DNA of 32,252 nt, from the IMG/VR virus record IMGVR_UViG_3300032216_000046, positions 1 through 32,252 of that record; one strand, 5' to 3'. Below, piece after piece: positions 17,704-25,284 of this stretch; position 1 is the first letter of the stretch, and each line of letters begins with the position of its first letter. The translations under genes were made by a program, and so were the position numbers. The notes under the pieces were generated by a model. That model was given only the letters and a program-made list of their open reading frames with translations, did not search any database and had not been told where the DNA came from. The DNA is from a virus (Duplodnaviria > Caudoviricetes).

Positions 17704-18465
17704 TTAAAGATTGTTCTTGATCTGATAGACCCTTAACAAGTGCTGGAAGCAATCCCAACTCTTTTGAAGCTGTGCTTCTTCTATTTCTACTAATTTTACT
17801 TGGTTAGTCGTGCCATTGACAAATACGATGGCGCACCGTGCGTTGGGCAAGTTTAGGCCTTCACGATAACTCGCTAACTGCAATTCATGTTCAAAATATA
17901 CATCAACCTTGTCCAAATCGGTATCTTTGGTCTTGAAATCTATGACAAATCCGACACCCTGACCGTTATTAGGTTTGGCCATAAGATCTACACGCCCACC
18001 GTAACCTAAATGATGGGCAAAAGACTTTTCACATATCCAAGCTTGTTCGCCAAATGCGTCTTTTAAGGTTTTGTCAATGACATCAAGGTACAAAGGTTTT
18101 TCAGGCATATAAACCTGTTCAAACCAATTTTGAATAATGCCGTGAATTTCAGTACCCCGACTGGCAGCTTTAAAGCCCGTTTCTCGGCTATCTTTCATTA
18201 CCCTAGCCAACCATTCCTGTTCGGGTTCGTCAGCCCCTCTAGGAAGCGTTAAAGCGGATAGCAAGACTTGTTGCAGCTTCCAATTAACCAGCCCTGCTTT
18301 GTCCAAAATATTGATAATAGTGGTAGTGCTGGGCAAAAGCCCTTCTTTCCTTGCATCACGCAAAGTCGTAGGTCTTTCGCCAGTCTTACCAATCGTGGTG
18401 TAGGCAGGTGTTCCCTGTTTGGTATACCAATGCCCACTATCTTGTTGTTTTTCTTTAACTATCAT
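17704..18465 (-). CDS. PD-(D/E)xK exonuclease (phage recombination nuclease)
   Basis: LPSTTTII, RGTEIH, YGGRVDL, IDFKT, QLASY motifs. Confidence 0.85.
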   Translation of the reverse strand: MIVKEKQQDSGHWYTKQGTPAYTTIGKTGERPTTLRDARKEGLLPSTTTIINILDKAGLVNWKLQQVLLSALTLPRGADEPEQEWLARVMKDSRETGFKAASRGTEIHGIIQNWFEQVYMPEKPLYLDVIDKTLKDAFGEQAWICEKSFAHHLGYGGRVDLMAKPNNGQGVGFVIDFKTKDTDLDKVDVYFEHELQLASYREGLNLPNARCAIVFVNGTTNQVKLVEIEEAQLQKSWDCFQHLLRVYQIKNNL

Positions 18466-19079
18466 CAGAATGGAATATCGCTTAAATCGCTATCTTCGAT
18501 AGTCACTTTGTTTTCGTCTTTAGCTTTTTGACCACGCCATTCGGAAGATTCGGTAATTTTTTCACGGTAGTACTTAGGCAACGCATCGTATTTACCTTGA
18601 TCAAATTCTGCTAACCAAAAATGAACTAATGGATTAATGCCTTCAGGTTGGTGCGCTCTAAGTGCTGACGGTACAGGGCTAATGCCTGAAATGTTGGCAT
18701 AACGACCATCTTCTGAGTGAGTGATATTGACCATACAAAACTTGCCCAATAGATTCTTAAGGTCAAAGTTTTTACGATCTTCTGCGGTCATTTTCTTGTT
18801 AGACCATGCTTCTAGGTCTTGACGCAATCGTGCTTGTTCTCCAAGACTTACGGTATAACGCTTAGACACAATCAAAGGTTTACCGTCATCCGTAATTAAT
18901 GGTTGCTCGTTATCGTCTTTACCATGCAATTCCCAAGTCAATACAACCTTGTGCATGATTTTGGTTTCGCCAGCCCATTCGGTAGCTTGGTGACCTAAGT
19001 CAATGACCGAGTACAAGCGAGCCATGTGATTGCCAGCTGGGGCTATTTTAAATTCTTTACTGTTATCTGAAATAATCAT
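18465..19079 (-). CDS. Single-stranded DNA-binding-like protein
   Basis: PAGNHMARLYSVIDLG start, beta-rich core, acidic DLSDIPF C-terminal tail as in SSB. Confidence 0.7.
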   Translation of the reverse strand: MIISDNSKEFKIAPAGNHMARLYSVIDLGHQATEWAGETKIMHKVVLTWELHGKDDNEQPLITDDGKPLIVSKRYTVSLGEQARLRQDLEAWSNKKMTAEDRKNFDLKNLLGKFCMVNITHSEDGRYANISGISPVPSALRAHQPEGINPLVHFWLAEFDQGKYDALPKYYREKITESSEWRGQKAKDENKVTIEDSDLSDIPF

Positions 19080-19279
19080 TATGCGTTCCTAAAAATAGTT
19101 GAAAAGTCATCAAAGACTGCTTTTAATACAGGGTTTGGCTTTACAGGCGAAGATAGTCCACACGCATAGCGTAAGTCACCAATTTCGTCTGCTGTGATAA
19201 ATACCCCATTTTCGAGGTCTTTAAAGATGCGTTCCAAATGTTCTTGGAAGCTGTTGAAGTCTTGCTCTTGCTCACTCAT
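19079..19279 (-). CDS. Hypothetical early protein
   Basis: AGGAG RBS; first gene after the leftward promoter. Confidence 0.7.
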   Translation of the reverse strand: MSEQEQDFNSFQEHLERIFKDLENGVFITADEIGDLRYACGLSSPVKPNPVLKAVFDDFSTIFRNA

Positions 19280-19319
19280 TTGAGTTTCTCCTAATTTACA
19301 CGGCTTATGCCGTGATTAG

Positions 19320-19391
19320 ATATTAAGCTAACTTAAATAAGATTGCAATACTTTATTTGCAAATTGTTGTAAAAATGTTAAGATAGCTGAA
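19320..19391. promoter_or_regulatory. Divergent promoters with two operators
   Basis: Leftward TTGCAA-N17-TAATAT (19348-19320); rightward TTGCAA-N16-TAAGAT with extended TG (19357-19384); operators TTAAG-CTAA-CTTAA (19323-19336) and TTAAG-ATAG-CTGAA (19378-19391). Confidence 0.72.
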
Positions 19392-19621
19392 TGGATAAAA
19401 CTTCAACACGAACAATGATTGCCCTTTTAGGTGGGCCTACAAAAGTAGCAAACCTAGTAGGCGTAAGCGTTCCAGCGGTATCTATGTGGCAAAACGGGGT
19501 TATTCCTTATGACAAGCTAGTAATCCTAGCCGCCACCCTAGAAAAAGAAAGTGCTGGATTATGGTCAAGAAAGCAGCTTTTTCCGCTTTCTTACAAAATG
19601 ATATGGCCTGAATTAGATTAG
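19391..19621 (+). CDS. Cro-like HTH transcriptional regulator, probably leaderless
   Basis: LGGPTKVANLVGVSVPAVSMW helix-turn-helix; ATG 7 nt after the -10 box, no RBS. Confidence 0.85.
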   Translation: MDKTSTRTMIALLGGPTKVANLVGVSVPAVSMWQNGVIPYDKLVILAATLEKESAGLWSRKQLFPLSYKMIWPELD

Positions 19622-19630
19622 TGGTATACT
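19622..19630 (+). promoter_or_regulatory. Extended -10 promoter upstream of the structured non-coding region
   Basis: TGgTATACT. Confidence 0.6.
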
Positions 19631-19639
19631 ACGCTGGCA

Positions 19640-19763
19640 GATTGAACCCTGTTAGTACCTGTATCCACACCAAGACCCATTCGGGTTGCTTTGAGCATTT
19701 TGGAAAAGTAGTGGATACCTTTTCTAAAGTGGGTTCAACTTAGAGCAACCCCAATGGGTTTTT
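19640..19763 (+). ncRNA. C4-like antisense RNA with upstream complementary target boxes
   Basis: Outer stem 19673-19695/19739-19761; inner stem 19697-19708/19719-19730; unpaired GTGGATAC and GGGTTCAA are complements of GTATCCAC (19661-19668) and TTGAACCC (19642-19649). Confidence 0.7.
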
Positions 19764-19770
19764 CTATTTC

Positions 19771-19986
19771 TGCCGTACTCCAAACGAAATTAAGTACCTA
19801 AATGGGTAGCGTGGAATAAAACATGGGCTGGTTTACACCTGACAGCAAGCCCCGTAGCCTTGAGTGGGGACTACACAAGTTATAAGGACAATGGTGATAG
19901 ACAACCTTATATCGATTGAACACTACCTTTGGGAGCATTAGTTCAGGACACATCTTGAATGGATGGGGTGCTATCACCTTTGGGCA
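19771..19986 (+). ncRNA. Candidate multi-hairpin pseudoknotted RNA
   Basis: Five to six consecutive hairpins in a gap with no credible ORF; loop GGTGATAG (19893-19900) complementary to CTATCACC (19971-19978). Confidence 0.5.
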
Positions 19987-20009
19987 AGCTTTGGTTAAAA
20001 AACAACACA

Positions 20010-20053
20010 TAAGGGAAAACACCTACTACAATTAAGACAACTTAACATATACT
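20010..20053 (+). promoter_or_regulatory. Rightward promoter with operator and upstream box
   Basis: TAAGGGAAAACACCTA (20010-20025), TTAAG-ACAA-CTTAA (20032-20045), TATACT (20048-20053); poor -35. Confidence 0.6.
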
Positions 20054-20081
20054 TCATCTAGATTAACATTTGGAGTCTAAT

Positions 20082-20318
20082 ATGACTTGGAATCTACGAT
20101 TGGTAAATATGAGCAATCCCTATGAGGATTACTTTGAAATTCGTGAGGTTTATTACGACACGATGGGCAAACCTATTGGACACAGCAAAGCGGCTATTGG
20201 TGGCGAGGATCGGCTAGAAGTAGACAGATATATTGAACTAGCTAAACTGGCTTTAGATAAACCTATCATTAAATTTGCAAACCATGAAGATACAAGTAAA
20301 GATACTGAAAGAGAATAA
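20082..20318 (+). CDS. Conserved phage hypothetical protein
   Basis: GGAG RBS before MTWNLR; EIREVYY...ALDKPI. Confidence 0.7.
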   Translation: MTWNLRLVNMSNPYEDYFEIREVYYDTMGKPIGHSKAAIGGEDRLEVDRYIELAKLALDKPIIKFANHEDTSKDTERE

Positions 20319-20475
20319 AGATGGTTCGGCCAACGCTGAAGTTATCTTTGACAAGCAAGGACTTGAAACCCTTATCCAATGGGGTACTGTTGCTATGCTT
20401 ACCGAAGGAATTGATAGATACAAGGTTAGAGATGACGAAGTTCCTTTTCCTGTTCCGAAAAAGAAAAGAAAATGA
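20284..20475 (+). CDS. Hypothetical protein
   Basis: KENKDGSA motif; ATGA-coupled to next gene. Confidence 0.65.
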   Translation: MKIQVKILKENKDGSANAEVIFDKQGLETLIQWGTVAMLTEGIDRYKVRDDEVPFPVPKKKRK

Positions 20476-20630
20476 TTGAATCTTTAGTCAAACCCCAGCC
20501 GTTAGATAACGACATTGCCGTTATGAAGATACTTCAATTAATGGGTCAGTTAAGCCCTAATGATATTGCTTACATTGTTAATCTTGCATCTAGAATTAGC
20601 CAAATTATTGAAATTAAGGAAACAGCATGA
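20472..20630 (+). CDS. 52-aa hypothetical protein (not in ORF track)
   Basis: ATGA overlaps at both ends; MIESLVKPQPLDNDIAV... Confidence 0.65.
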   Translation: MIESLVKPQPLDNDIAVMKILQLMGQLSPNDIAYIVNLASRISQIIEIKETA

Positions 20631-21010
20631 CCTTTGCCGTGTTTTATGGTTTATATCCCCGTAAAATGGGTCGTAAAGAAGCAGAACGCAGTTGGAAAAA
20701 ATTGACCCCTGATCAGCAGCAAGAATGTATTGAAGCAATGCCCAATTACTTAAAGTATTGGAAGATTAAAGAAACAGCTAAAGATTATATTCCTTATCCT
20801 GCTACCTTTTTAAACCAAGAACGCTGGACTGACGAACTTGACATTGAACCAATACAAAATAAAAAACCTGAATTGCCTTTTTATGCTACAGAAGAATTAA
20901 CTTTAAAGAAAGCGCAAGAAGTAGGCGTAACTCCCTATGCTGGAGAAGGCTGGCAACAGTTAAGATCAAGAATTAGCCAAAAGATAAAACAACTTGAAGA
21001 ACAACTCTGA
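20627..21010 (+). CDS. Replication initiator-like protein (C-terminal domain type only)
   Basis: F..FY..YPRK..RKEA...W..L and YIPYPATFLNQERW.DE motifs seen in phage replication proteins; no N-terminal HTH. Confidence 0.7.
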   Translation: MTFAVFYGLYPRKMGRKEAERSWKKLTPDQQQECIEAMPNYLKYWKIKETAKDYIPYPATFLNQERWTDELDIEPIQNKKPELPFYATEELTLKKAQEVGVTPYAGEGWQQLRSRISQKIKQLEEQL

Positions 21011-21143
21011 CGATTATTTAGTAAATTGGTATATAGCAGTAGCTAAAAGACGGGGATGGCCTGAAGTGGTGCGCCTACTAGCGCAATACCCTGAAAAAGA
21101 AGAACGCATCAAACAATTGATAAAAAAGAAACTAGGAAAATGA
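20994..21143 (+). CDS. 49-aa hypothetical protein (not in ORF track)
   Basis: Fills the gap exactly; stop overlaps the methyltransferase ATG; TTG start uncertain. Confidence 0.5.
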   Translation: MKNNSDDYLVNWYIAVAKRRGWPEVVRLLAQYPEKEERIKQLIKKKLGK

Positions 21144-21961
21144 ATGAGTTGGCTCTATTCGCAGGTGCTGGTGGCGGAATACTTGGGGGAAAATTACTTG
21201 GATGGCGAACCGTCTGTGCAGTTGAATGGGAGCAATACCCAGCAAGCGTACTTGCCGCAAGACAAAATGACGGATTACTTGAAAGTTTCCCGATTTGGGA
21301 TGATGTTCAAACCTTTGACGGAACAAGCTGGCAAGGAATTGTTGATGTCATATCAGGCGGCTTTCCATGCCAAGACATATCTGCCGCAGGAAAAGGCGCA
21401 GGAATTGATGGAGAGCGATCAGGAATGTGGCGAGAAATGGCACGGATCATTTACGAAGTTCGACCCAAGTTTGTCTTTGTGGAAAACTCACCAATGCTCA
21501 CTCATAGAGGATTGGGAACAGTTCTCGGGGATTTGGCCAAACTCGGGTTCGATGCTGAATGGGGAGTGTTGGGAGCGTCAGATATTGGAGCAAAACACCA
21601 CAGAAAAAGAATATGGATTGTTGCCCGACAACAAGAAATTCTTTCATACCCCAACAACTGGATCAAGCGGTGGAAGCAACAGTCGCAAAGCGTTAAAGAA
21701 ACGCAAAGAAGCAATATGGCCAACACCAACAACTCCTTCAGGGGGGGGCAATGCTGGCGGTTCGGGGGCGCACAAAAACGCACTCAAAAATGGGACTTAC
21801 ATACCATCTTCAATCAACCCGAACCTGTACGAATGGTTGATGGGGTGGCCGCAAGGGTGGACAGACTTAAAGCCATTGGAAATGGACAAGTACCACAAGT
21901 GGCAGCAGTTGCATGGGAATTATTAACGGAGAGATTAGATGAGAGATATAGACCCCAATAA
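21140..21961 (+). CDS. C5 cytosine DNA methyltransferase, alpha polypeptide
   Basis: Motif I LFAGAGG, IV GGFPCQD, VI ENS, VIII HHRKRIW, X RLKAIGNGQVP; no motif IX in this frame. Confidence 0.9.
   Translation: MNELALFAGAGGGILGGKLLGWRTVCAVEWEQYPASVLAARQNDGLLESFPIWDDVQTFDGTSWQGIVDVISGGFPCQDISAAGKGAGIDGERSGMWREMARIIYEVRPKFVFVENSPMLTHRGLGTVLGDLAKLGFDAEWGVLGASDIGAKHHRKRIWIVARQQEILSYPNNWIKRWKQQSQSVKETQRSNMANTNNSFRGGQCWRFGGAQKRTQKWDLHTIFNQPEPVRMVDGVAARVDRLKAIGNGQVPQVAAVAWELLTERLDERYRPQ
21144..21926 (+). CDS. C5 methyltransferase beta polypeptide in the +1 overlapping frame
   Basis: 260 stop-free codons nested in the alpha gene; carries HTPTT/WPTPTT segments and motif IX-like INPNLYEWLMGWPQGWT; true start uncertain. 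Confidence 0.75.
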   Translation: MSWLYSQVLVAEYLGENYLDGEPSVQLNGSNTQQAYLPQDKMTDYLKVSRFGMMFKPLTEQAGKELLMSYQAAFHAKTYLPQEKAQELMESDQECGEKWHGSFTKFDPSLSLWKTHQCSLIEDWEQFSGIWPNSGSMLNGECWERQILEQNTTEKEYGLLPDNKKFFHTPTTGSSGGSNSRKALKKRKEAIWPTPTTPSGGGNAGGSGAHKNALKNGTYIPSSINPNLYEWLMGWPQGWTDLKPLEMDKYHKWQQLHGNY

Positions 21962-22268
21962 ATGTATAGACTTTATACTAGAGAACGCAGGTAAATATGC
22001 ACAAGCTAAGGGTGAGTTGGCGCAACTTGAAGTATATAAAAGTTCCCTCAAAGCTATTAAAATGGCAGAAACTTCGGAACAGTCTTTGGGGGCGCAGGAG
22101 CGTGAAGCGTATCGAAGCCAAGATTATCAGAATCTTTGCAAAGCCATTGGTGCGGCAACGGAAAATGCTGAAAAGCTTAAATGGGAACTTGAAGCTGCTA
22201 GATTAAGACACGCCACATGGCAAACATTAGAAGTATCAAACCGTAACCAAGACAGGATTTTAAAATGA
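21939..22268 (+). CDS. Helical hypothetical protein
   Basis: GGAG RBS; AQEREAYRS..Y and W.T..SNR segments. Confidence 0.65.
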   Translation: MRDIDPNKCIDFILENAGKYAQAKGELAQLEVYKSSLKAIKMAETSEQSLGAQEREAYRSQDYQNLCKAIGAATENAEKLKWELEAARLRHATWQTLEVSNRNQDRILK

Positions 22269-22438
22269 CCGCCTTAAAAGTAACTGAAGAATTTTTAATC
22301 CTAAAACTATTGTGCAAGATGTATGACGATGCTTTAAAAAGCGCAAATCCTACACAAATGCTAGAGTTAAGCGTAGACATTGCTGAATCTGCTGAAAAGC
22401 TAGAACAAATGACTGTAGATTACATTAATGGCAAGTAG
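22265..22438 (+). CDS. 57-aa hypothetical protein (not in ORF track)
   Basis: ATGA overlap; MTALKVTEEFLILKLLCK...; fills the gap. Confidence 0.6.
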   Translation: MTALKVTEEFLILKLLCKMYDDALKSANPTQMLELSVDIAESAEKLEQMTVDYINGK

Positions 22439-22706
22439 CAAAGCGCAAAGGGATCATTATGCGAAGCTGGCGAGATATGGCTGTGTCGTATGCAAGCACA
22501 TGGGATTCAGCGACAATGACACCCCAATCGAAATCCATCACATTAGACGCTATGGGGGAAAGCGTGATAACGCAGCAGCAGTCCCCTTGTGTGCATTCCA
22601 TCATCGACACGATCCACATACCAGTATTCATGGACTTGGGGCTAAAGCATTTAGAGCCTACTGGGGCTTTGACCTTGAGGACAAACTCTTGGAGATGGAA
22701 TCTTGA
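22428..22706 (+). CDS. Ref-like / HNH zinc-finger nuclease
   Basis: GCVVC...EIHH...VPLCAFHH...IH pattern. Confidence 0.75.
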   Translation: MASSKAQRDHYAKLARYGCVVCKHMGFSDNDTPIEIHHIRRYGGKRDNAAAVPLCAFHHRHDPHTSIHGLGAKAFRAYWGFDLEDKLLEMES

Positions 22707-22846
22707 GTAGCTGGCTAATTATTGTTACAGGGCTAATTTATGCGTATATATCAGTTGAGCAATTGGCTAAAGGAAATACTGGACTGGCTGTCACTTATTT
22801 TGGATATGCTCTTGGAAATGTTGGGCTGTTTATGATGGCTAAGTAA
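22703..22846 (+). CDS. 47-aa two-TM membrane protein (not in ORF track)
   Basis: TTGA overlap, GGAG upstream; MSSWLIIVTGLIYAYISVEQLAKGN...GYALGNVGL. Confidence 0.65.
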   Translation: MSSWLIIVTGLIYAYISVEQLAKGNTGLAVTYFGYALGNVGLFMMAK

Positions 22847-23194
22847 TTACAATTCTAAAGAATCCCAGCCATATTCACGGGCAATTTGGCGAGTGCGAAT
22901 TTTGAACGATTTACCGTGTTTATCCCAATTGTTTGTTTTCCAAAAACTCATGTGGACAATTTCATGGGCAAGGCTGCGCTGAACAGTATCAAAATGTTCG
23001 TTACGCATACGGCTAATAGTAATGATATGAGGTTTTTCTAGTGATTCATCGTAACGGTAGGTGGCCATAGCGTCATTTTCCCGTGTCACTTTGAACTGGA
23101 TAAGTTCAGGCGCAGGTAAATCCCAGTTACGCATTGGATGACAAGATGCCATACAAAGGTATAGATTTTCTAAAATAAATGGGGTTAGCTTCAT
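22847..23194 (-). CDS. SprT-like zinc metalloprotease
   Basis: LAHEIVH HExxH motif plus downstream HGKSF. Confidence 0.8.
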   Translation of the reverse strand: MKLTPFILENLYLCMASCHPMRNWDLPAPELIQFKVTRENDAMATYRYDESLEKPHIITISRMRNEHFDTVQRSLAHEIVHMSFWKTNNWDKHGKSFKIRTRQIAREYGWDSLEL

Positions 23195-24192
23195 ACCTTA
23201 TGAATTTGTCCTCTAAACTCATATTCATCTTCGCTGCATACCATAATCATTTCAGGCATTAACATTCTGCCATTTTCCCACGACAAAAGAACAAACCCTG
23301 AACGCCAATCAACTGGGGCATCTTCCGTATAGTGTACAAAAGCGTCTGAATGTATATCAGCTAATGTGCCAGTTTGAACACCCCAGCGTGTACCCATGTT
23401 AAAGGCAGGGTTCAAATCGGTCACAGGAAACACGCTTAGATTGTGTGTATGACCACAGATATAGTTGATACCCGATTGCAAAGCATTGGCTCTTGTAGCC
23501 CCAAATCCACCCTTCCAACGGTGTTTTATGCAAGTATCTTCATTTACATAGAATGACCAGCAAGATTTCCACATAGGAAAGTGGTCTTTAAGGGAAAACC
23601 CTTGTATTCCTTCATACGATGTAGCACCGCTATTTGATAAAAATGTTTCAAAACGAGCATCGTGATTACCAAGACACCATATCAAAGGGGTATCTTTACG
23701 GGCGGCTTTTTCAATACCAGCCATCATTTCTTGACAGGCTTCTAATTCTTCTTTAACTGTAGGGGTTTGTGACCATTGAATCCGTTTGTGGGAACTATTT
23801 TGACTGCCATCAAACATATCCCCATTGGCTACGATTGCTTTCAATTCACCCTTAAATTGCTTAATAATTGCCAAAAGTGCTTTATATGCTGGGGTAACTT
23901 CATTAGGCTGAAAATGGGCATCGCTAAAAACTACAATTCTGCCCTTATCTTTGATTTCTATGCCCCTACGGACATGGCCTGAAGTTTGCTCTATTTTTTT
24001 AATTTCTTTAGATTTTAAAAATCTAGCATCTTTGGTAGTTGGCAATTCTATGCCTAATCTAAATTCTATTGACCTACGCCTGTTATATACAGACCTGACA
24101 TCGCACTTAAGTTCTTTGGCTATATCTGTAGGGCTACCAATTTTTTTCCAAAGCGTTATAAACTCTTGATCGTTAAGCCAATAACCTTGCAT
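23191..24192 (-). CDS. Calcineurin-like metallophosphoesterase with N-terminal HTH
   Basis: SDAH, NGDMFD, GNHD, GHTH motifs; PTDIAKELKCDVRSVYNRR HTH. Confidence 0.85.
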   Translation of the reverse strand: MQGYWLNDQEFITLWKKIGSPTDIAKELKCDVRSVYNRRRSIEFRLGIELPTTKDARFLKSKEIKKIEQTSGHVRRGIEIKDKGRIVVFSDAHFQPNEVTPAYKALLAIIKQFKGELKAIVANGDMFDGSQNSSHKRIQWSQTPTVKEELEACQEMMAGIEKAARKDTPLIWCLGNHDARFETFLSNSGATSYEGIQGFSLKDHFPMWKSCWSFYVNEDTCIKHRWKGGFGATRANALQSGINYICGHTHNLSVFPVTDLNPAFNMGTRWGVQTGTLADIHSDAFVHYTEDAPVDWRSGFVLLSWENGRMLMPEMIMVCSEDEYEFRGQIHKV

Positions 24193-24247
24193 AAATAACC
24201 TTTTAGTGTAAAGTTAGCTAATACTAATCTATTTTAATTCAAAATCA

Positions 24248-24532
24248 ATGACATACGCACGAATTGATACAAACCACAAAGAAATCGTTAAAGCATTGCG
24301 TGATGCTGGTGCTACGGTAGTGTCACTTGCAGCAATGAAACACGGCTGTCCTGATCTCTTGGTAGGCTATGCTAATGAAACATTGCTAATGGAAATTAAA
24401 AAAGACAGCAAAGCAAAATTTACTCCCGACCAAATAGATTTTATGGGCAAATGGAAGGGTGGCGCAATTAGTCGTGTAGACAGCGTTGATGCCGCAATAA
24501 GAGCATTAGGAATTATTAAAAAAGTGTTATAA
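24248..24532 (+). CDS. VRR-NUC-like / Holliday junction resolvase-type nuclease
   Basis: D.NH.EIV.ALR, GCPDLLVG, MEIK, TPDQ..F motifs. Confidence 0.8.
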   Translation: MTYARIDTNHKEIVKALRDAGATVVSLAAMKHGCPDLLVGYANETLLMEIKKDSKAKFTPDQIDFMGKWKGGAISRVDSVDAAIRALGIIKKVL

Positions 24533-24554
24533 AATAACGCAAAAGGAGCGTTTT

Positions 24555-24914
24555 ATGGAAAAATCGATGGCGTTGTTTTTAGCAACCTTGCTACATTCAG
24601 GGACAAACACCCACTTTTTCCATTGGGCTACAAAATCCTACGCTAAACACAAAGCTTTAGGCGGTTTTTACGAGCGCATTATTGAATTGACTGACGATTT
24701 GGCGGAAACCTATTTTGGCATCTATGGGCAGATTACTCAATTTCCTGCCACATACCATCAGCCTAAAGAACCATTGGCATATTTACAATCATTACAAGCA
24801 TTTGTAAAAGATGCTAGATCAGATTTACCAATGGATTCAGAGATTGTTCAATTGATCGATAATATTGCTCAAGAGATCGATACCACCATTTATTTACTTA
24901 AATTTAAGGCCTAA
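24555..24914 (+). CDS. Ferritin/Dps-like four-helix protein
   Basis: HFFHW...SYAKHKAL..FY...D..AE pattern; AAGGAG RBS. Confidence 0.75.
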   Translation: MEKSMALFLATLLHSGTNTHFFHWATKSYAKHKALGGFYERIIELTDDLAETYFGIYGQITQFPATYHQPKEPLAYLQSLQAFVKDARSDLPMDSEIVQLIDNIAQEIDTTIYLLKFKA

Positions 24915-24916
24915 CT

Positions 24917-25282
24917 ATGCCAACCTATGCCCCACAAGACATGGCTTACATCTTAAGAATGACTAAGCCAAGCGGAAAAATGACTAAAGAAGAAATGGAT
25001 TTAGTTCAAAACATTGGTCAAGCTGTTGCTCCTATGGGCGCAAGACCAGTAAATATGCCAGCTATGGATGTTAATTCAGTTGTTAGACCAAATGAAATGC
25101 CACAATATTCAGACCCTAATTCAGTTTTGCGTGCTGGAGAAACATCTATGGCAATTCCACAGAAACAGCCAATGAACCGTTTAGCTGCTATTCAAGCTGC
25201 CGCCAATGCTCAGTTAGCTGGTGAAGGCGAAGCAGCAAACCCAAACATGGCCAATATTGCCAAATACTTTCAAGGTAGATAA
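24917..25282 (+). CDS. Hypothetical M/P/Q-rich protein
   Basis: Closely packed in late operon. Confidence 0.65.
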   Translation: MPTYAPQDMAYILRMTKPSGKMTKEEMDLVQNIGQAVAPMGARPVNMPAMDVNSVVRPNEMPQYSDPNSVLRAGETSMAIPQKQPMNRLAAIQAAANAQLAGEGEAANPNMANIAKYFQGR

Positions 25283-25284
25283 CA

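Noticed and set aside
19798-20022. Minus-strand 74-aa ORF
   Set aside because: No recognisable motif or clear RBS; opposes the local transcription direction and overlaps the structured element
21140-21961. Methyltransferase as a frameshifted pseudogene
   Set aside because: Both frames are open across the whole gene and motif X lies in the first frame after motif IX in the second, which fits a two-chain enzyme rather than one frameshift
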